Part shown: one piece after another, positions 11,799-25,689 of the stretch
Position numbering within the stretch: position 1 is the stretch's first letter
Layout: each line of letters begins with the position of its first letter
Assembly: GCF_001194135.2 (NCBI RefSeq)
Contig: NC_069001.1
Span: 30,122,601 to 30,186,600, forward strand
Direction: 5' to 3'
DNA from: Octopus bimaculoides
Lineage: Eukaryota
Length of the DNA: 64,000 bases
Program-made: the position numbers and the translations under genes
The notes under the pieces: generated by a model
The model's input: the letters and a program-made list of their open reading frames with translations, nothing else
What the model was told of the DNA's origin: nothing
Database searches by the model: none

Positions 11799-12940
11799 AA
11801 CGCTGGAGACGAACTACGGTGACAATAGTTGACTACCACTGAACTAAGGTAACACACCTTACGTTTCGAGCACCATCCGGACCATTCGAGCAGTTCCAAG
11901 CAGTTTCGTATTCTGCAAGTGCTCTGCCGTTATTACAGCCCCTATATGTTCCATGTACTTCTCAAGATTTTTACTCACTATTCCCAGGGCTCCGACAATT
12001 ATTGGTACAACTGCTTAACCTCCTATGCAAACCTGTCACATCTATCGGCTTTTCTTTCTTCCTTATCGGATACCTTGTTGTTAGCTGGGCATGCTATATC
12101 TATAATCCAGCGTAGTTTGCTTTCTTTCTCAATTAAGACTATGTATGGTTTCATATTCTTTATCCCATGGTCGCATTGAAACAAAAAATCCCATAGGATC
12201 TTTACATTATCATTTTCGATGATGCCTTCGGGTTTATGTTCTACCAGCTTTTTGCTCTGTCAAGTCCCAAGTCCATGCCTGTTACAAAGTGTCCAATGGA
12301 CAATCCTTGCTATATTGTCATGTCGTTTCTTATATTATTTCTGGGCTAGTAGCGTACAATGACTGGTAATATGCCATACGGTTTCACCATTTTGTCCACA
12401 AATTCTGCACTTTCAGATGTGTTGGCTATTCTGTATTTCATGCAATTGGCTTTTAATGATTGTTCTTAGGCAGCGGAGATTAGAGCCTCCGTTTCTGGTT
12501 TTAAATCATGTTAGCCATTAATAGCCATCTTTTTCTCTGTCTGTCTTATCTTTAATATCCCTATGAAAGTGTCCATGCATTCTTTTCTTTATCAACCTAT
12601 TTTCAGTTTCATTCATTCTCAAGTGCTTGTACATTGCGTTATCTTTGCAATCTTCGATCCTACACAAACCTGATCTTACTTCCGATAATATTAGTTCTTT
12701 GGCATTTTTATATACCATGCTACGTTTTTTTTCTTTTGCTCTAATACTGTGTTCGCATCCAATAAGTCCTATTCCCCCTCTTTTCCTTGGTATATACAGT
12801 CTCTTTCTATCATTTTTGGGGTGGAGTATCCCATATCTAGTCAGCAACTTCCGTTTATTTCTGTCTAAGCTGCTTAGTTCACCTGCTGTCCATGCAATTT
12901 ACCCTGCTCCAAATCTAAGAAGGTAAATCGCTCAGCTGTG
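11799..12940 (-). mobile_element. Dong/R4-clade non-LTR retrotransposon, 5'-truncated and decayed
   Basis: LHPKNDRKRLYIPRKRGGIGLIG; CCHC finger CRICGQNGETVWHITSHC; RHDNIARIVHW; restriction-like endonuclease region with WIIDIACPANNKV; 3' UTR ending ctccagcgtt. Confidence 0.9.
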
Positions 12941-12944
12941 TGGA

Positions 12945-13075
12945 ATGTGAACCACCAGCTGTGACTTTGCATTTCATACTTTTGGTGTCGAGGAAAAGCG
13001 TAACATTTGGACATCGATGTCAATGTAATTGACTTGCACCTCTCCTGAAATTTCTTGCCTTGTGTTTAAATTCCG
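12945..13075 (+). mobile_element. SINE family A, degenerate internal part
   Basis: gactttgcatttcatacttttggtgtcga...gatgtcaatgtaattgact...cttgccttgtg. Confidence 0.6.
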
Positions 13076-13079
13076 TTAT

Positions 13080-13360
13080 AACTTTGCTATTTCTTTTCCC
13101 ATACTTCATCTTTATTTTGTCGTTATCTTAAAATGCTTGCGTTGCTTATCGCTGCAAGCAATTCTTCAGGGCATCGGTAACATACTCGTGGATATTTTCC
13201 TTCCATGTTCAAAGTCCTCCACATTGAACACTGCGATTCCTCCCCCATTTTTTTCGCTTTATATACAGCCTGTCCTCATCTGCTCTCCTCTACAAAGCCT
13301 TGTAGGTTATCGTTATTTTCCGACTCCTTCGATCAATAAATTGCTTTCACAACACTGAAA
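13080..13360 (-). mobile_element. Second Dong/R4-type fragment (different family)
   Basis: DRRSRKITITYKAL*RGADEDRLYIKRKNGGGI covers the same DRLY..RK.GG.G motif as the neighbouring copy, so it is an independent insertion. Confidence 0.65.
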
Positions 13361-13959
13361 TCCAGCTCCGAAACAAACAGAAGACAAACTGAAATTTTAA
13401 AGTTCTGCAATGCACATATTACAGTGTCTTGTTTTCAAGTTTAGAGATTAAGGTGACGGACGCTAATGTGTATTCGATATAACCGTAATTATCCATGTCC
13501 TTAAGAAAATAATACGACAAATGGAAACAATAGAGACGAATAAAGAGAGAATACCAGACAATCACACATAAATTCTACTTCTCTTTCTCACTTTCTATCC
13601 TTCAGTGTCTCTCTTTCGCTACTGGAATCTTCAAACCGATATCATGACCTGAACGAAATATTTCGGAAAATATCATATATTTTGTTATTATATTTTGAGT
13701 CTTTTATTCGGCATCATATATTTGCTTCTTGTTTGCTGGTATCAAGCTAGCAAATAAACACACTATTTCAAAGAGCCGTAGGCATTTCATGATCGAAATG
13801 ACATTTCCAACTAAATTTAATGCAAATTCTTGTATTTAGTATTTTTATATTTTTATTCCTTCATTCGCTCACTCATTCAATCATTCATTCTACTCTTCTT
13901 TTATTTATTTCTCTCATATGTTGTGTTAGTTTTGAATAAATTTCAGATTTTATCCCATC

Positions 13960-14460
13960 ATTTTCATCATCATCATCAACACCATCATCAAGATGTTTAT
14001 CGCTGCGTTTTATCAGATCATCATCAGCATCCTAATCAAGATCATGAGCATTGTCGTTATCAACATCAACTTCATCATCGTCGTCGTCGTCGTCATCGCA
14101 CTTGTCGTTTCCATCATCATCATCATCATCATGACCATGTTCATTATCATCGACGACATCGTCATCATACTCATAAACATCAGCAGCGTAATTACCATCA
14201 TCATCATCATCATCATCAGCATTATCATTATTTATCATCATTGCAATCGTTATTTATGGGACAATCGACGTCGACGACTTCAACATCGTCTTCCTCCACT
14301 TACTCCTACTGCTCCTCCTCGACTTCCTTGCCATTATCATCATTTTCATGATCATCATCGTCATCCTCCCAATCATCTTCGTCACCATCATCATCAGCAT
14401 CGGCATCATCATTATCTTCATCATCATCAGCAGCAGCAGCAGCATCACCTTCCCAGCCAT
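13960..14460. repeat. Degenerate (CAT)n/(CGT)n/(CAG)n trinucleotide tract
   Basis: About 500 bp of triplet-derived sequence; source of the His-, Ile- and Asp-rich ORFs. Confidence 0.9.
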
Positions 14461-14674
14461 CTTGCACCATTCGTCAGCAGTGCGATTTGATTTACTAGCT
14501 CATACAGCGGGTTGCTGAAGAGTTTCTGGCTTTAAGGGTATCGGGAAAGGCCTGGTTGGAGACCCAGACTTCCGTGATCTTTTACAGGTCTTTGAAAAAC
14601 TGAAGTGTATGAAATGAAGGCATTTCTCTTCCATATTTTATATATCTTTTCCACATATTTTCAACATATATATC

Positions 14675-14707
<33 letters not shown>

Positions 14708-16460
14708 AAGGNNNNNNNNNNATATATATATATATATACACACTTATGCCACATATACTTAGCACCGTATATGAATCTCGCCGAATGAGCTCATATGTAC
14801 ACATTTGTCGATTAATTGGCGTATTTGTCTGATAAAGAACTACTTTCCTTCGTGCGAAATATTTGAAATATTACCAACGTTTCCGCATTCAATACAGATA
14901 AATATCTTGTCTGTAATTATGCTAGTGTTATTCTTTAATAGATATTCACTTTTAATGAGAAAATAGTACCTGTGAATCATGATCAGAGAGTAAATCAACG
15001 ATGCATTGTCCACCTTACCGCACATAGTTAGAATAGTAGACAAATCTTTCAGAAAAATAAAATTAAAGCAATGAGGATTTTTTCATTTCAATATTAAGCG
15101 AGTCCGTAACGGCTAGAATGTTTTCGGTTAATGAAATGGTTGTTCGTGATTTAAATGTGGATAAGAGCTTCCAGGTACTAATCCTGGGACTGTAAATTGA
15201 AATAGAATTAATTTTGGTATTATACTTTTGACACACACCACTCAATACCTAACACTTGATACTACAAATCTTAATAAATATCGGTTAATAAAATTGGATG
15301 TCAAATATCTGGACAATAAATTACTTAAAACACATTACGAATGAACAGATGTTGCAAGGCAATTCATACTGGAAATGCCGGGGGTAAGACACAGGAGAGA
15401 AGCTGTTAAACAGAGAAACTGTCATAGGGAAGAATGAAAATGGTGTAAAAGCTTTAATATGTCGATACTGAAGGGAAAATAGCGCAATAAATGAACAGAA
15501 TACCCACGGGTGTATTATGTAATCTGCATGATAATTGCGGGGTGGATGAAAAATATCAAATGTTACTTTGCATTGTACCAAACATAATTATTATGAATTT
15601 CAGCTGGGTTTTATGATTGCACCCGAGGCGTAGAATTGAGATTAATTCTAATGCATATATCACAGTCGATTTTGTTGGAAGATTTGCATTCGTATGCAAA
15701 ACAAGTATTCCAATCTTTTTCTAGTTATAGAACAGCAAAAAGTCAACTACAAATCTGATCACATATAAACTGAATTCATTGGAAAAGAGAAAGAATTTAA
15801 ATACATTTGACGATGCGCTCTGGAGTTAGAGAGGTGTTTCACTTTGAAAGATAAAGAAAAACGTGCCATGAAATATAATTTAGCTAAACAAATTGTACTC
15901 TGTAACTTTGTTAGATAGATTTACTATAAAAAAAAAACTGAAGTATTACAGTTTCAAAACTTACTTTTTTATCAGTTTATAAAGAAATTTTATGCGTAAT
16001 TTACTTTTTATTTGTACCAATAACAGTTCAGAATAACACTTCAGAATAAATATGCTGATATAAAGAAGGTCGCAAAATGACTAAATTTTGTCAGTGAATA
16101 TGCATAAGAAAATACCTTGCATCCTTACAAGTAACTCACACATCAAGTGGGTTACAGCTCTTGAATATACTAGACTCAATATTTTAGGAAGACCTGTTCA
16201 AAATTTAATTTGATACGGACATTAACTAATTGATATACATTCAATTGTAAAACATGGAGGTCGAAGGCGGGGAGTTCACATTTTTAACTGTGTTACAAAT
16301 CAATAAAGCAGTTTATATGATTTATACGTTGAATATAATTGTATTGTTTTTTTTTTTCTTCACTTGTAAAGTTTTACTTCACAAACTATATACAAATATA
16401 GAAGCGTGACTAAAGTTGCTTACTCATTTCTGCAGCTCATAGATATAGTCTTACTACAAT

Positions 16461-16493
<33 letters not shown>

Positions 16494-16499
16494 TACATA

Positions 16500-16760
16500 T
16501 GTGGAAATCTGTGGATGTGTTTGTTTGTGGCGTTGTTATCTAACTCCACCTACATCGTTTTATCGATTTTGATGAAACTCGAAACGTGAGTAGAACTCAT
16601 GTCTGGAGCTCTAGTGACATACTTAGGTTGTTGAAAAATGTAAATAATAGTGTCTTTGTACTAGCCAAATTTTGCATTAAGAGGCTAGAAAAGTGTCCGG
16701 CTTTTAAATTTAGCGTGAGGTTGATATTACCAGTACCGAGTAGTTTCAATTGTGAAAAGC
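16500..16760 (+). mobile_element. Possible decayed non-autonomous Helitron/HINE-like element
   Basis: Follows (TA)n and contains tgtgtttgtttgt...aactcc...atcgattttgatgaaact, a phrase typical of such elements; termini not resolved. Confidence 0.3.
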
Positions 16761-17670
16761 TTACACCTAGATAACTAAATGGAAAGGATATTTAGCACAC
16801 GCTGCATGTATGCATGTATGTGTGAACTTGAATCATGTCCAACTAAATCAATACTATTAATTTAGTGGAATATTTCAATGTATTGAAAACATATAAGAAG
16901 GCAATTTTTTAACCAGAATATTTTAGTGCCTTAATTTTCTTTTCCTAAGCCTAGATAAAAGCGGACTTACTGCCAATTTGAATAAGGAGACAGAAACGAG
17001 ATTAAATTGATGAAATATAGCTTCACATATTTAAATCTACCAAACGATTGCATCAATATTAATTTTGAGATAAAAAGAACTTAACAGACATCCACATATG
17101 TTCAATAGGTAATAAGGTAGAAAGATGAAATCAGTAGCTCGAATTTAATAAACATGGGAAGATAACTACAGCTGCCTTCAAAGACAAAGATGATAATCAG
17201 ATGAACAACACATGGAATTCGAAATATACAATTAAAGCTTATGATCAAATAAATTATTGTATGTATAAGATAAGAGTAAATAAGTAAATTATATGCAGTG
17301 AAATTTCTGGCAAAAAATTGAATATATGAAGGATATACTCATCGCATTACGATTAAGAAATAAACTTGCACTCGTTATAGAGTGTTATTTAAAATAAAGG
17401 TGGGGCGTAGACAGTTAGGAACTGTAGGCCGTATTACAAAGATACGTGCGCAAAATACATCCGCAGTAACACAGGCATGTTTATATATATATATGTGGAG
17501 AATGTACTTGAATATATTGTAGATGTTTCTGATATTTTTACGAAGATACGTATTTATATTTGACTTAGCATGAAGAAAAAGGGCAAGTTATTCTAACAAA
17601 GGTTGAACCACTTTGTATTTTAAATACTCCACAATTTGCACATATATATTTATATATATATATATATGAA

Positions 17671-17840
17671 GGGCAAGTGTCTTGGGCAACTGTCTTCTAC
17701 TATAGCCTCGGGCCGACCAGAGCCTTGTGAGTGGAATTGGTAGACAGAAACTCAAAGAAGCCCGTCGTATATTTGTTTATATACGTGTGTGTGTGTGTAT
17801 TTGTGTCTGTGTTTGTACCCCTAGCGTTGCTTGACAACCG
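17671..17840 (+). mobile_element. SINE family B, 5'-truncated
   Basis: cttgggcaactgtcttctactatagcctcgggccgacc...aagaagcccgtcgtata. Confidence 0.9.
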
Positions 17841-17875
<35 letters not shown>

Positions 17876-18544
17876 ATATTCTTTTTATTTTGTCCTCTAT
17901 ATGTACTTCATGAAATGTGAAATATGTACGACTAGGCCATCTTAAGTAAATTATATGAAATATGTCGAGTAAAACTTCTATCACAAAAGCAGGTGGTGAG
18001 AGACAGCGTCGTGAAAAGCAAATCAATTAGAGGCTTTGTAACATGTCGTTAATGCCCATTGCGAATGTACGACATACTATAACCACTCTGTATAAGGTGT
18101 TATGATGTCAATGATTATTGACACTAACATGTTCATTTTCAATTTCTCTTGCCGAATTTCTCGTCGTCAAAGACTGCAACAAGATTTTTTGCAATCCACA
18201 AGACATTTTATAGTTTCGTCTCTATAGAAACAAATATCACTCATTTTCTAAGATATTTTGATTTCCAAATGTTCATTATCAACAATACATATATGGAAAT
18301 ACAGAACTTTGATTAATGAAAGAGACCGCCACGCTTTATAGTTAGTATTGCTGCAACTAAACGCTGAAATGTCCGTTCTAAATTTCGGTGTACTACGACG
18401 GAAGAAATTCTGTAGTTTCTGAAAATAGAAAAGGCTGATGTTATGGTTTTATATAAAGGACGAGAAAAGAATATAACACAACGGAAAAGAATATATATAC
18501 AGTTATTGACATGGAATGCCAGACTCATGAACACGTTTGGCTAA

Positions 18545-18660
18545 ATGCTTTCTGATAGTTGTTTCGGCGCTGGAAGATTTGAGTTCAAATCACAGAGAGG
18601 AAATCTTTACCTTTCGTTATTTCGTATCAAATGAATATGCTACCAATCAATTACTACTAG
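18545..18660 (+). mobile_element. Highly degenerate SINE family A
   Basis: aaatgcttt...gagttcaaatc...ctttacctttc remnants in the expected order. Confidence 0.4.
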
Positions 18661-19410
18661 TTCAACGGTATCGGCGGTAAGAAACTGTGAAGGGAACTGA
18701 ACAGAAAAATAAACCCTCATCAGGCAAGTGTTTCGATCTTTAACTTCCTATACCCAAAGGACATTCTGGCCACATCCATGTCATATTACTCGGTGCCTTT
18801 CTGCTGATACATTTTAGCCACTTGGATATTGGCGACTAGAATACTTAAAGAAGAAATAATGTGGCTGTCATGGTAGTGGGGAAACGTCAACGCTATGATT
18901 ATAAGTCACTCAGAGTTACTTTCCTTAGTGTTTAGCACAAACATATGGCCTTCAATCGGTACTGGAGGTGGTTTTTGTTCCTCCTCAAGCGAGATCCAAC
19001 TGGAAGATCTCCACTCTGTCTCTTATATAGCCGTTAGGCCTTTATTCTTCTTCTTCTTACGAAAGCCTGAAATTTATTCCATTAGACCATAAGCATTTCC
19101 CACTCATAATTCCAGAAATTGCTCGAAAATCGGAAACAAGGTTACACAGAAACAAAATCATTCTGCGTGATAGTAACATATGCGCACAATATTAATTAAC
19201 GAAGTAAAGTATTTACTGGTCCTATTATGTTAGACGTTAACTGCATAACAACCATAATTTCCTTACTTATTCCATATTCTGCATGTTAAGAGAAGTATTA
19301 TTATTTATAATCCATGAACTACAAAACATATTGACTTCTAATGTAATCTAAAGCGTTAAGTATTGTACTCGTTCTTTCACCCGATCTTATTGTGTGTATA
19401 TAGAAACACA

Positions 19411-19453
<43 letters not shown>

Positions 19454-20099
19454 CCTATGCTTAATTATAATAATATAGAGTAAAATCAATAATAATTCTA
19501 CCAGGTAGCCAGTGCGGAAATAAAAACGTTATAGATGAATTTTACAAAATGTTTTATAATTATGTATATAATCATAAAATATTTATACACATATATATAT
19601 GTATGTGTGTGTGTGTGTGTTCATATTGACACACATACGTATATTACCTATGTATACTGGCATGTGGAAGTAGATAGATATATACATAGACATATGAATA
19701 CAGAGATGGATGGATGGATGGAGGAACGGACAAAGAGATAGATGGATGTATAGATATTTTATAAACACAATCACTTAGCTGTTAGAATGGTATTTAGTGG
19801 CACATTACCATTCTGTGTTAGGTACCATCACGGTGATTTTAAACGAAACGTACTTCGTCATATGAGCGAATGTTAAAGTCAAAAGAACAGCAATACTAAA
19901 ACAAGAAATGAACAGCAAAACACAACAAAAATAACAGCAACGACTTCAATAGCAACGACAAAATAAATCGTATGATCATTTGATAATTACTTCCCAGTTA
20001 CTGGTAAAGCTTTCACTAATGTTTCTCACACCCACAACATACAGGACAGTCGCTTGAAAGCACGCACTTACGTCCATAAACACATATTTTCATGTGTGT

Positions 20100-20109
20100 G
20101 TGTGTATAT

Positions 20110-20198
<89 letters not shown>

Positions 20199-20365
20199 NN
20201 NNNNNNNNNNNNNNNNNNNNNNNNTATATATATATATATATATATATACATATATGTACGCATATATTTCTATATATTTATATTTCTATATATTTATATA
20301 TCTATACATGTATATATATACATATATGTATATATATTTATATATCTATACATGTATATATATAC

Positions 20366-20398
<33 letters not shown>

Positions 20399-20764
20399 CA
20401 TGTGTATATATATGTATATATATTTATATGTATATACATGTGTATATATATATATATATATTTATATGTATATACATGTATATATAAATATATATATCTA
20501 TATATATATATATGTGTGTGTGTGTGTATCATATATGTACGTATAGTAATGTTTATATACATAAATTGATATAAGTAGATAACAGATGAAAATACATACT
20601 ACATATGTGTACATCTTTGTAAATAGAAAGTACATTGTGCACTTTGCACATACGTTGTATACACACACATATATNNNNNNNNNNGCACTTTGCACATACG
20701 TTGTATACACACACATATATACATATATATGTATAATATAGGTATATATGTGTATATATATATG

Positions 20765-20797
<33 letters not shown>

Positions 20798-20840
20798 AAA
20801 TATAGGTATATATGTGTATATATATGCATATATATGTATA

Positions 20841-20871
<31 letters not shown>

Positions 20872-20880
20872 TACTTTATG
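20100..20880. repeat. (CA)n plus long degenerate (TA)-rich microsatellite
   Basis: Directly visible; source of the YI/HT ORFs. Confidence 0.95.
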
Positions 20881-21566
20881 TCGATATACTTAAAACTAAA
20901 ATTCAGGAAGCTTGTAGCTTTAATATAAATGTTAATACACTAGTAATGCTGGACGTTATAATAAAAGCCATCGATCTATCAATTGAGACTAATGGTGTAT
21001 CTTTCACATCAAATGATATATCTACTACATAGTATCATATATAGGCTAGATCAAAGAATTTTCCCAATTTCAACTTTCATTAATTTTATCTGAATCAATC
21101 CGGTGATAGCGTAGTCATTTTTTTTTTTTTGATTTTATAACGACAACACTTTTCTCGAACCGCTGCTTCTCTATATTTAAACATTATCGTTATCATCATC
21201 GAAATTCTTGTATATTTTATCGCTTCGTACTCTGCCTCTTAATCAACATTATTATGAGCAGCAGCAACAGCAGCTTTTATCATGACAGAAACTGAAATAA
21301 AATCAAGTTCGTCACATCGGAGAGAACCACTTGTCCAACATAGCAAATACCATTGTAGACCTTAATTGTTATCAGATATAATATTGCAAGGCAGATCGAT
21401 ATCAAGAGATCACAAGAGTCAGAGTATCTCGTATCGATCTTCCTTGGTATGGTTTGCTCCCAGAAATATAGCGTGTAGTACGAGGCTTACAACGCATAAT
21501 ATACTCGACATACAAACACTCACACAAAAACACGGGCACAAACATATACACACACTAAGTATATAT

Positions 21567-21621
<55 letters not shown>

Positions 21622-21624
21622 AAT

Positions 21625-21778
21625 GGCATTATTACAGAAAATAATAACGCCACACAGTGGACTTCTCAAAATAACCACAATTTAGTACCTAATGCGAGGA
21701 AAAACAACCAACAGAAGACCAACTTTCTTTTTAGAAAGTCCACTGTGTGGCGTTATTATTTTCTGTAATAATGCCCCT
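21625..21778. mobile_element. Fold-back element with perfect 40-bp inverted repeats (candidate Mutator-type MITE)
   Basis: Arms 21625-21664 and 21736-21775 are exact reverse complements; 71-nt spacer; tatataaat on both flanks. Confidence 0.55.
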
Positions 21779-21892
21779 TATATAAATATAAACGAATAAT
21801 TATATTCTTGGGAATAGAAATTTCCCTTATGAATTTTTTTACACACTGGCTTCTTGATAAAATTCTTGTAAAATAGTTTTATCCCTTATATA

Positions 21893-22430
21893 TACAGTGG
21901 GCGATGGGTGAATTATTGCCATTTTATATTCTTAATTTCGCGCATGCTCATTCTATGATTTTGTCGACTACACAGTACACAGTATAGTAGGAGAAGTTGG
22001 GTACCGTTTGTGAGAAGCAAACAACCGCGTGACGCAAATCCCTCTGCCAGAAATTTGGAAATTACATGCTTGGCATTAGCGCCGCAAGCTTCAATAGGAA
22101 GAGATGGTGACCACACAGAACAACCGTTGGCTTGCCGTGACCCAAAACATGTACCGGGTGTGATAAAAAACAAACACGCGGCCAACATCATGGTGTTTGG
22201 AGCGATCACTAGTGATGGGGAGGTTAAGCCTCCAATGATCTTCTCACACAACCTCAGACTAAACACGGAGGCCTACATGAAGTACGCTGAGGAAGTAGTG
22301 CTGCCCAGCGTGAAGAGTGTGCCTGCTGGCAGAAAATATGTCTGGTAACAGGACTCTGCCCTATGCCATAAAAGTAGGAGAAGCCAATCTTAGCTGCCAG
22401 ACAATTTTACTTACGAACTGTGACCATCAC
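21893..22430 (+). mobile_element. Internally deleted Tc1/mariner-superfamily element (DD37D/maT-like)
   Basis: TA+cagtgg TIR-like start; N-terminus TQIPLPEIWKLHA; then MVTTQNNRWLAV and MVFGAITSDGEVKPPMIFSHNLRLNTEAY...YVW*QDSALCH. Confidence 0.85.
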
Positions 22431-23738
22431 ATTTAAAATTATACTAGGTTTATATGGAATAACTTGATAATGTATTCATATGCGGTTTAAGTTCACTTCC
22501 CACAACAATGGTTGCCAGCCTTTATAATATCAGGACCAGATCCAAAACCCCGATTTATTAGAGGCCTCCACCCAAGATAAGTAAACTAAAGTCAATTAAA
22601 ATTGTTTTTGTTATATTTATAAAGGGATGACAGTTGATGGGTGCCGGAGAAATATTTATAGGCTTCAAGAAAGATGCTTGAGGGCCTCATGCGCACCTGG
22701 AACGTGCGGTATAGAAGCGCTGTCCTATACTATTTTATTCTTTCTGTTATCATTGTGGTGTTGTTATTGCTTACCGGAGTATATTTCGAATCAACCATAT
22801 CTTTAGAGTACTTCAAACTCTGACCATAATGCATGTGAGCATTCGAGAATACGTTGAACATGTCTATTTATTCAAGAACGCATGTTATTTGAGAGTATGT
22901 AGTAGCTATTTCTAACTGAACGTGCAACCACATACACATTGTATATACGACTGGTCTTCTAAATTTACTATGGAACGTCGTGCAGATATAACCCTGGTTT
23001 CTTTTTGATGGATCGAATGTATGCTTTGACGGAATATGATGTCTGTGTGTTTTAACTACGTTGAAATATAAGCCTGGAGGCGTTTGTGATTTCCTCTTAA
23101 TCGATTTCTTCACTGCGTTTTGTACTTGTGCAATGTCGTGTATAATATCTTCATAATCTGTCTATGTTTTATATTTCCGTTGTTTAGTCTGATGGTTCGC
23201 TGTAACGGATGTCCATTGTTAGACCGACAATTTTCAATGAATATCTGTCTATCACAAAATGTGTCGACGTACTATTTTTCCATGTGTTCGCCACACGTCT
23301 TCGTTATTAGAGAGTTTGATAGCTGCATTCATTTAACATAAAATATATTGGTTAGTCAAGAGGGAAGAGCATTTACTGATACCTCGACACTAGTTTCAAT
23401 GAGCAATATACCCTGAAACTGGAGGCCTTCATCCAATGTATACAAGGGTGGGAACTCTGCAATAGGTAACGATGGACCAGGCGGTGGGACAGTTAAATTG
23501 GGTGACGAATTAAATCTCCAACTCAAGAAGGAAAGTCGAGTACGAAATGAGAATAAAAACGTTCGGAACAAATACGCCAATCACTTTCCTTCAATCCCCA
23601 TCCAATTTACAGACCATGGGGCGGAAATTTGGAAGAATCGTTAAAGCAATGGATAGAAGGCCTGTTACTATTTCTTTAGACTCTATCTCATCTGCGCTCG
23701 AACACGTTACTACACAGCCACGTCTGTACCTTCGACAG

Positions 23739-24125
23739 TAGGCTCAGGTGTATCTGTATAGTAAGCAGTTTCCTTCCTAACCACATGATTCCGGGTTCAG
23801 TCCCACTGCGTAGCACCTTGTTCGCGTGTCTCCTATTAAAGCTTGGAGCCGACCAAAGCCTTATGAATGAGTTTGGTAGAGGGAAACTCAACGGAGCCCC
23901 GTCGTATATATATTTAGGCGTGTGGCTTATGTCTATGTTTGTCTCATACAGCACCGCTTGGCAACCGGTGTTGGTGTGTTTACATCCCGTTAACTGAGAT
24001 GTTCTGCAAAAGAGACGGTTAGAATAAGTAGCAATCTTTTATGTATTACACTCGATTCATTCGACTAAACATTCTTCAGGATGCCAGCATGATTGCAGCA
24101 TGATCACAAGTAGAAGTTGAAAGAA
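23739..24125 (+). mobile_element. SINE family B, near full length, old
   Basis: Head ...ccgggttcagtcccactgcgtagcacc, gccgaccaaagcc, cccgtcgtatata, 3' module agaataagta...cgact...ccagcatg. Confidence 0.85.
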
Positions 24126-24224
24126 AAACGATAAAAGATCTACTTCGTTACTTATCAATACTATCTGTAGAGAGTCACCACTCCAGACAGATTAGAAAAT
24201 AATATTAATAATCATTTGAGTGGA

Positions 24225-24350
24225 GCATACTCGTTGATAACACCGATTTCGCTACCTGTTTCATCGACCCCCAACGGGATGAATGCAAATGTTGTACAAT
24301 GCGTGATTTGAACTCAGAAAGTATAGAACCGCATGTAGATTTCCTTACGC
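24225..24350 (-). mobile_element. Degenerate SINE family A
   Basis: catcgaccccc..gggatgaatgcaaa..gatttgaactcagaa. Confidence 0.55.
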
Positions 24351-24966
24351 TCAAAAATTCCTACTGGCTCAACACCGTAATTTAGTTCATATGAAAGATA
24401 ATAATTAATGGAATACAATGCATCAAACGATTCGGAAAAAAAAACGTAGGATCCACCTCAGCAAGGGATTATATATGTAGAGTTAATTTTGGGAGCAGAC
24501 TTAATATAACGTCTCTTATTAAACCCAGTTCAAATGCTCCTTTTCACATTTGACTGATATCATTCTGTCTCAAACCTTAGAATTTTGTTTTGTGATTTCA
24601 CAATATCTTCTCCCTTTCCAAGTGTCGGAAGAATTTCAAGATATAGCAAAAAGGATTATTTTAAATTGAAGATAAATTAAATCTAAATCCAATTTCTCTC
24701 CTATTCCTTGGCTATCGAGATTTCAGCTAGAAGCTTGCCCATATTCCTACACAGTTTGATGTTGTTAATTATTCTAGATGTCATCCTGGTGGAAGCAAAC
24801 TTATGATTAAAAACAATCTAGCTATGACCATACATATATATCAACTTTAATTTTTGCAGATCATGAAAAGTAAAATTATGTTTGTCCGACATTATTTTCG
24901 ATGTGTCATTCAATATATTAATGATATTAAAATAATAAACTTTATCCAATTTTTTACCTATCAGAT

Positions 24967-25220
<254 letters not shown>

Positions 25221-25689
25221 ACACAAACACACACGCACATAAGGCAGCTGAATACAATATATCATTTATGGTTTTTTTAAACTTTGAAATCATTTCTAGT
25301 ATTTTTAATTTTGTATGCAATTTCTATTTTTCTGCGTATTTAGTTCTAAAGAGAATGCTTATTTAATATTGATTTAGTTTGTTCCAGTAATTCCCTCGCG
25401 TGTAGTAATTCATTAATTACCCAGTCTTAATATACATGATTAATAAAAAAAAACAATAATATTACATGAATTTATGGCACTATGGATCCGATTGATTAAA
25501 TAAACGACTATAGTTATTACTTCAGATATTTTGTTGTCTTTCGTTAGCAAATTAAAAATCTAGAATTCGTCGTTTATTTTGTTGATACTGTCGTCCTCTT
25601 CACCGTTTTGCTCCATATCGAATCCTAACGAGAGTGTCTACGTCCATAGAGATACAATCGATATCCCTCTATTTTAAATGACACACTGT

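Noticed and set aside
13830-14490. 173-aa His-rich and 165-aa Ile-rich ORFs
   Set aside because: Translations of a degenerate (CAT)n tract; open in several frames for compositional reasons.
16569-16590. ttgatgaaactcgaaac hammerhead-like string
   Set aside because: No stem II can form; better explained as a Helitron/HINE-type phrase.
18714-18738. Minus-strand GAAAC...CTGATGAG
   Set aside because: The motifs are only 6 nt apart in type II order, with no room for stems III and I, and there is no downstream GAAA.
20639-20720. 36-bp direct repeat flanking a 10-N gap
   Set aside because: Typical unmerged contig overlap.
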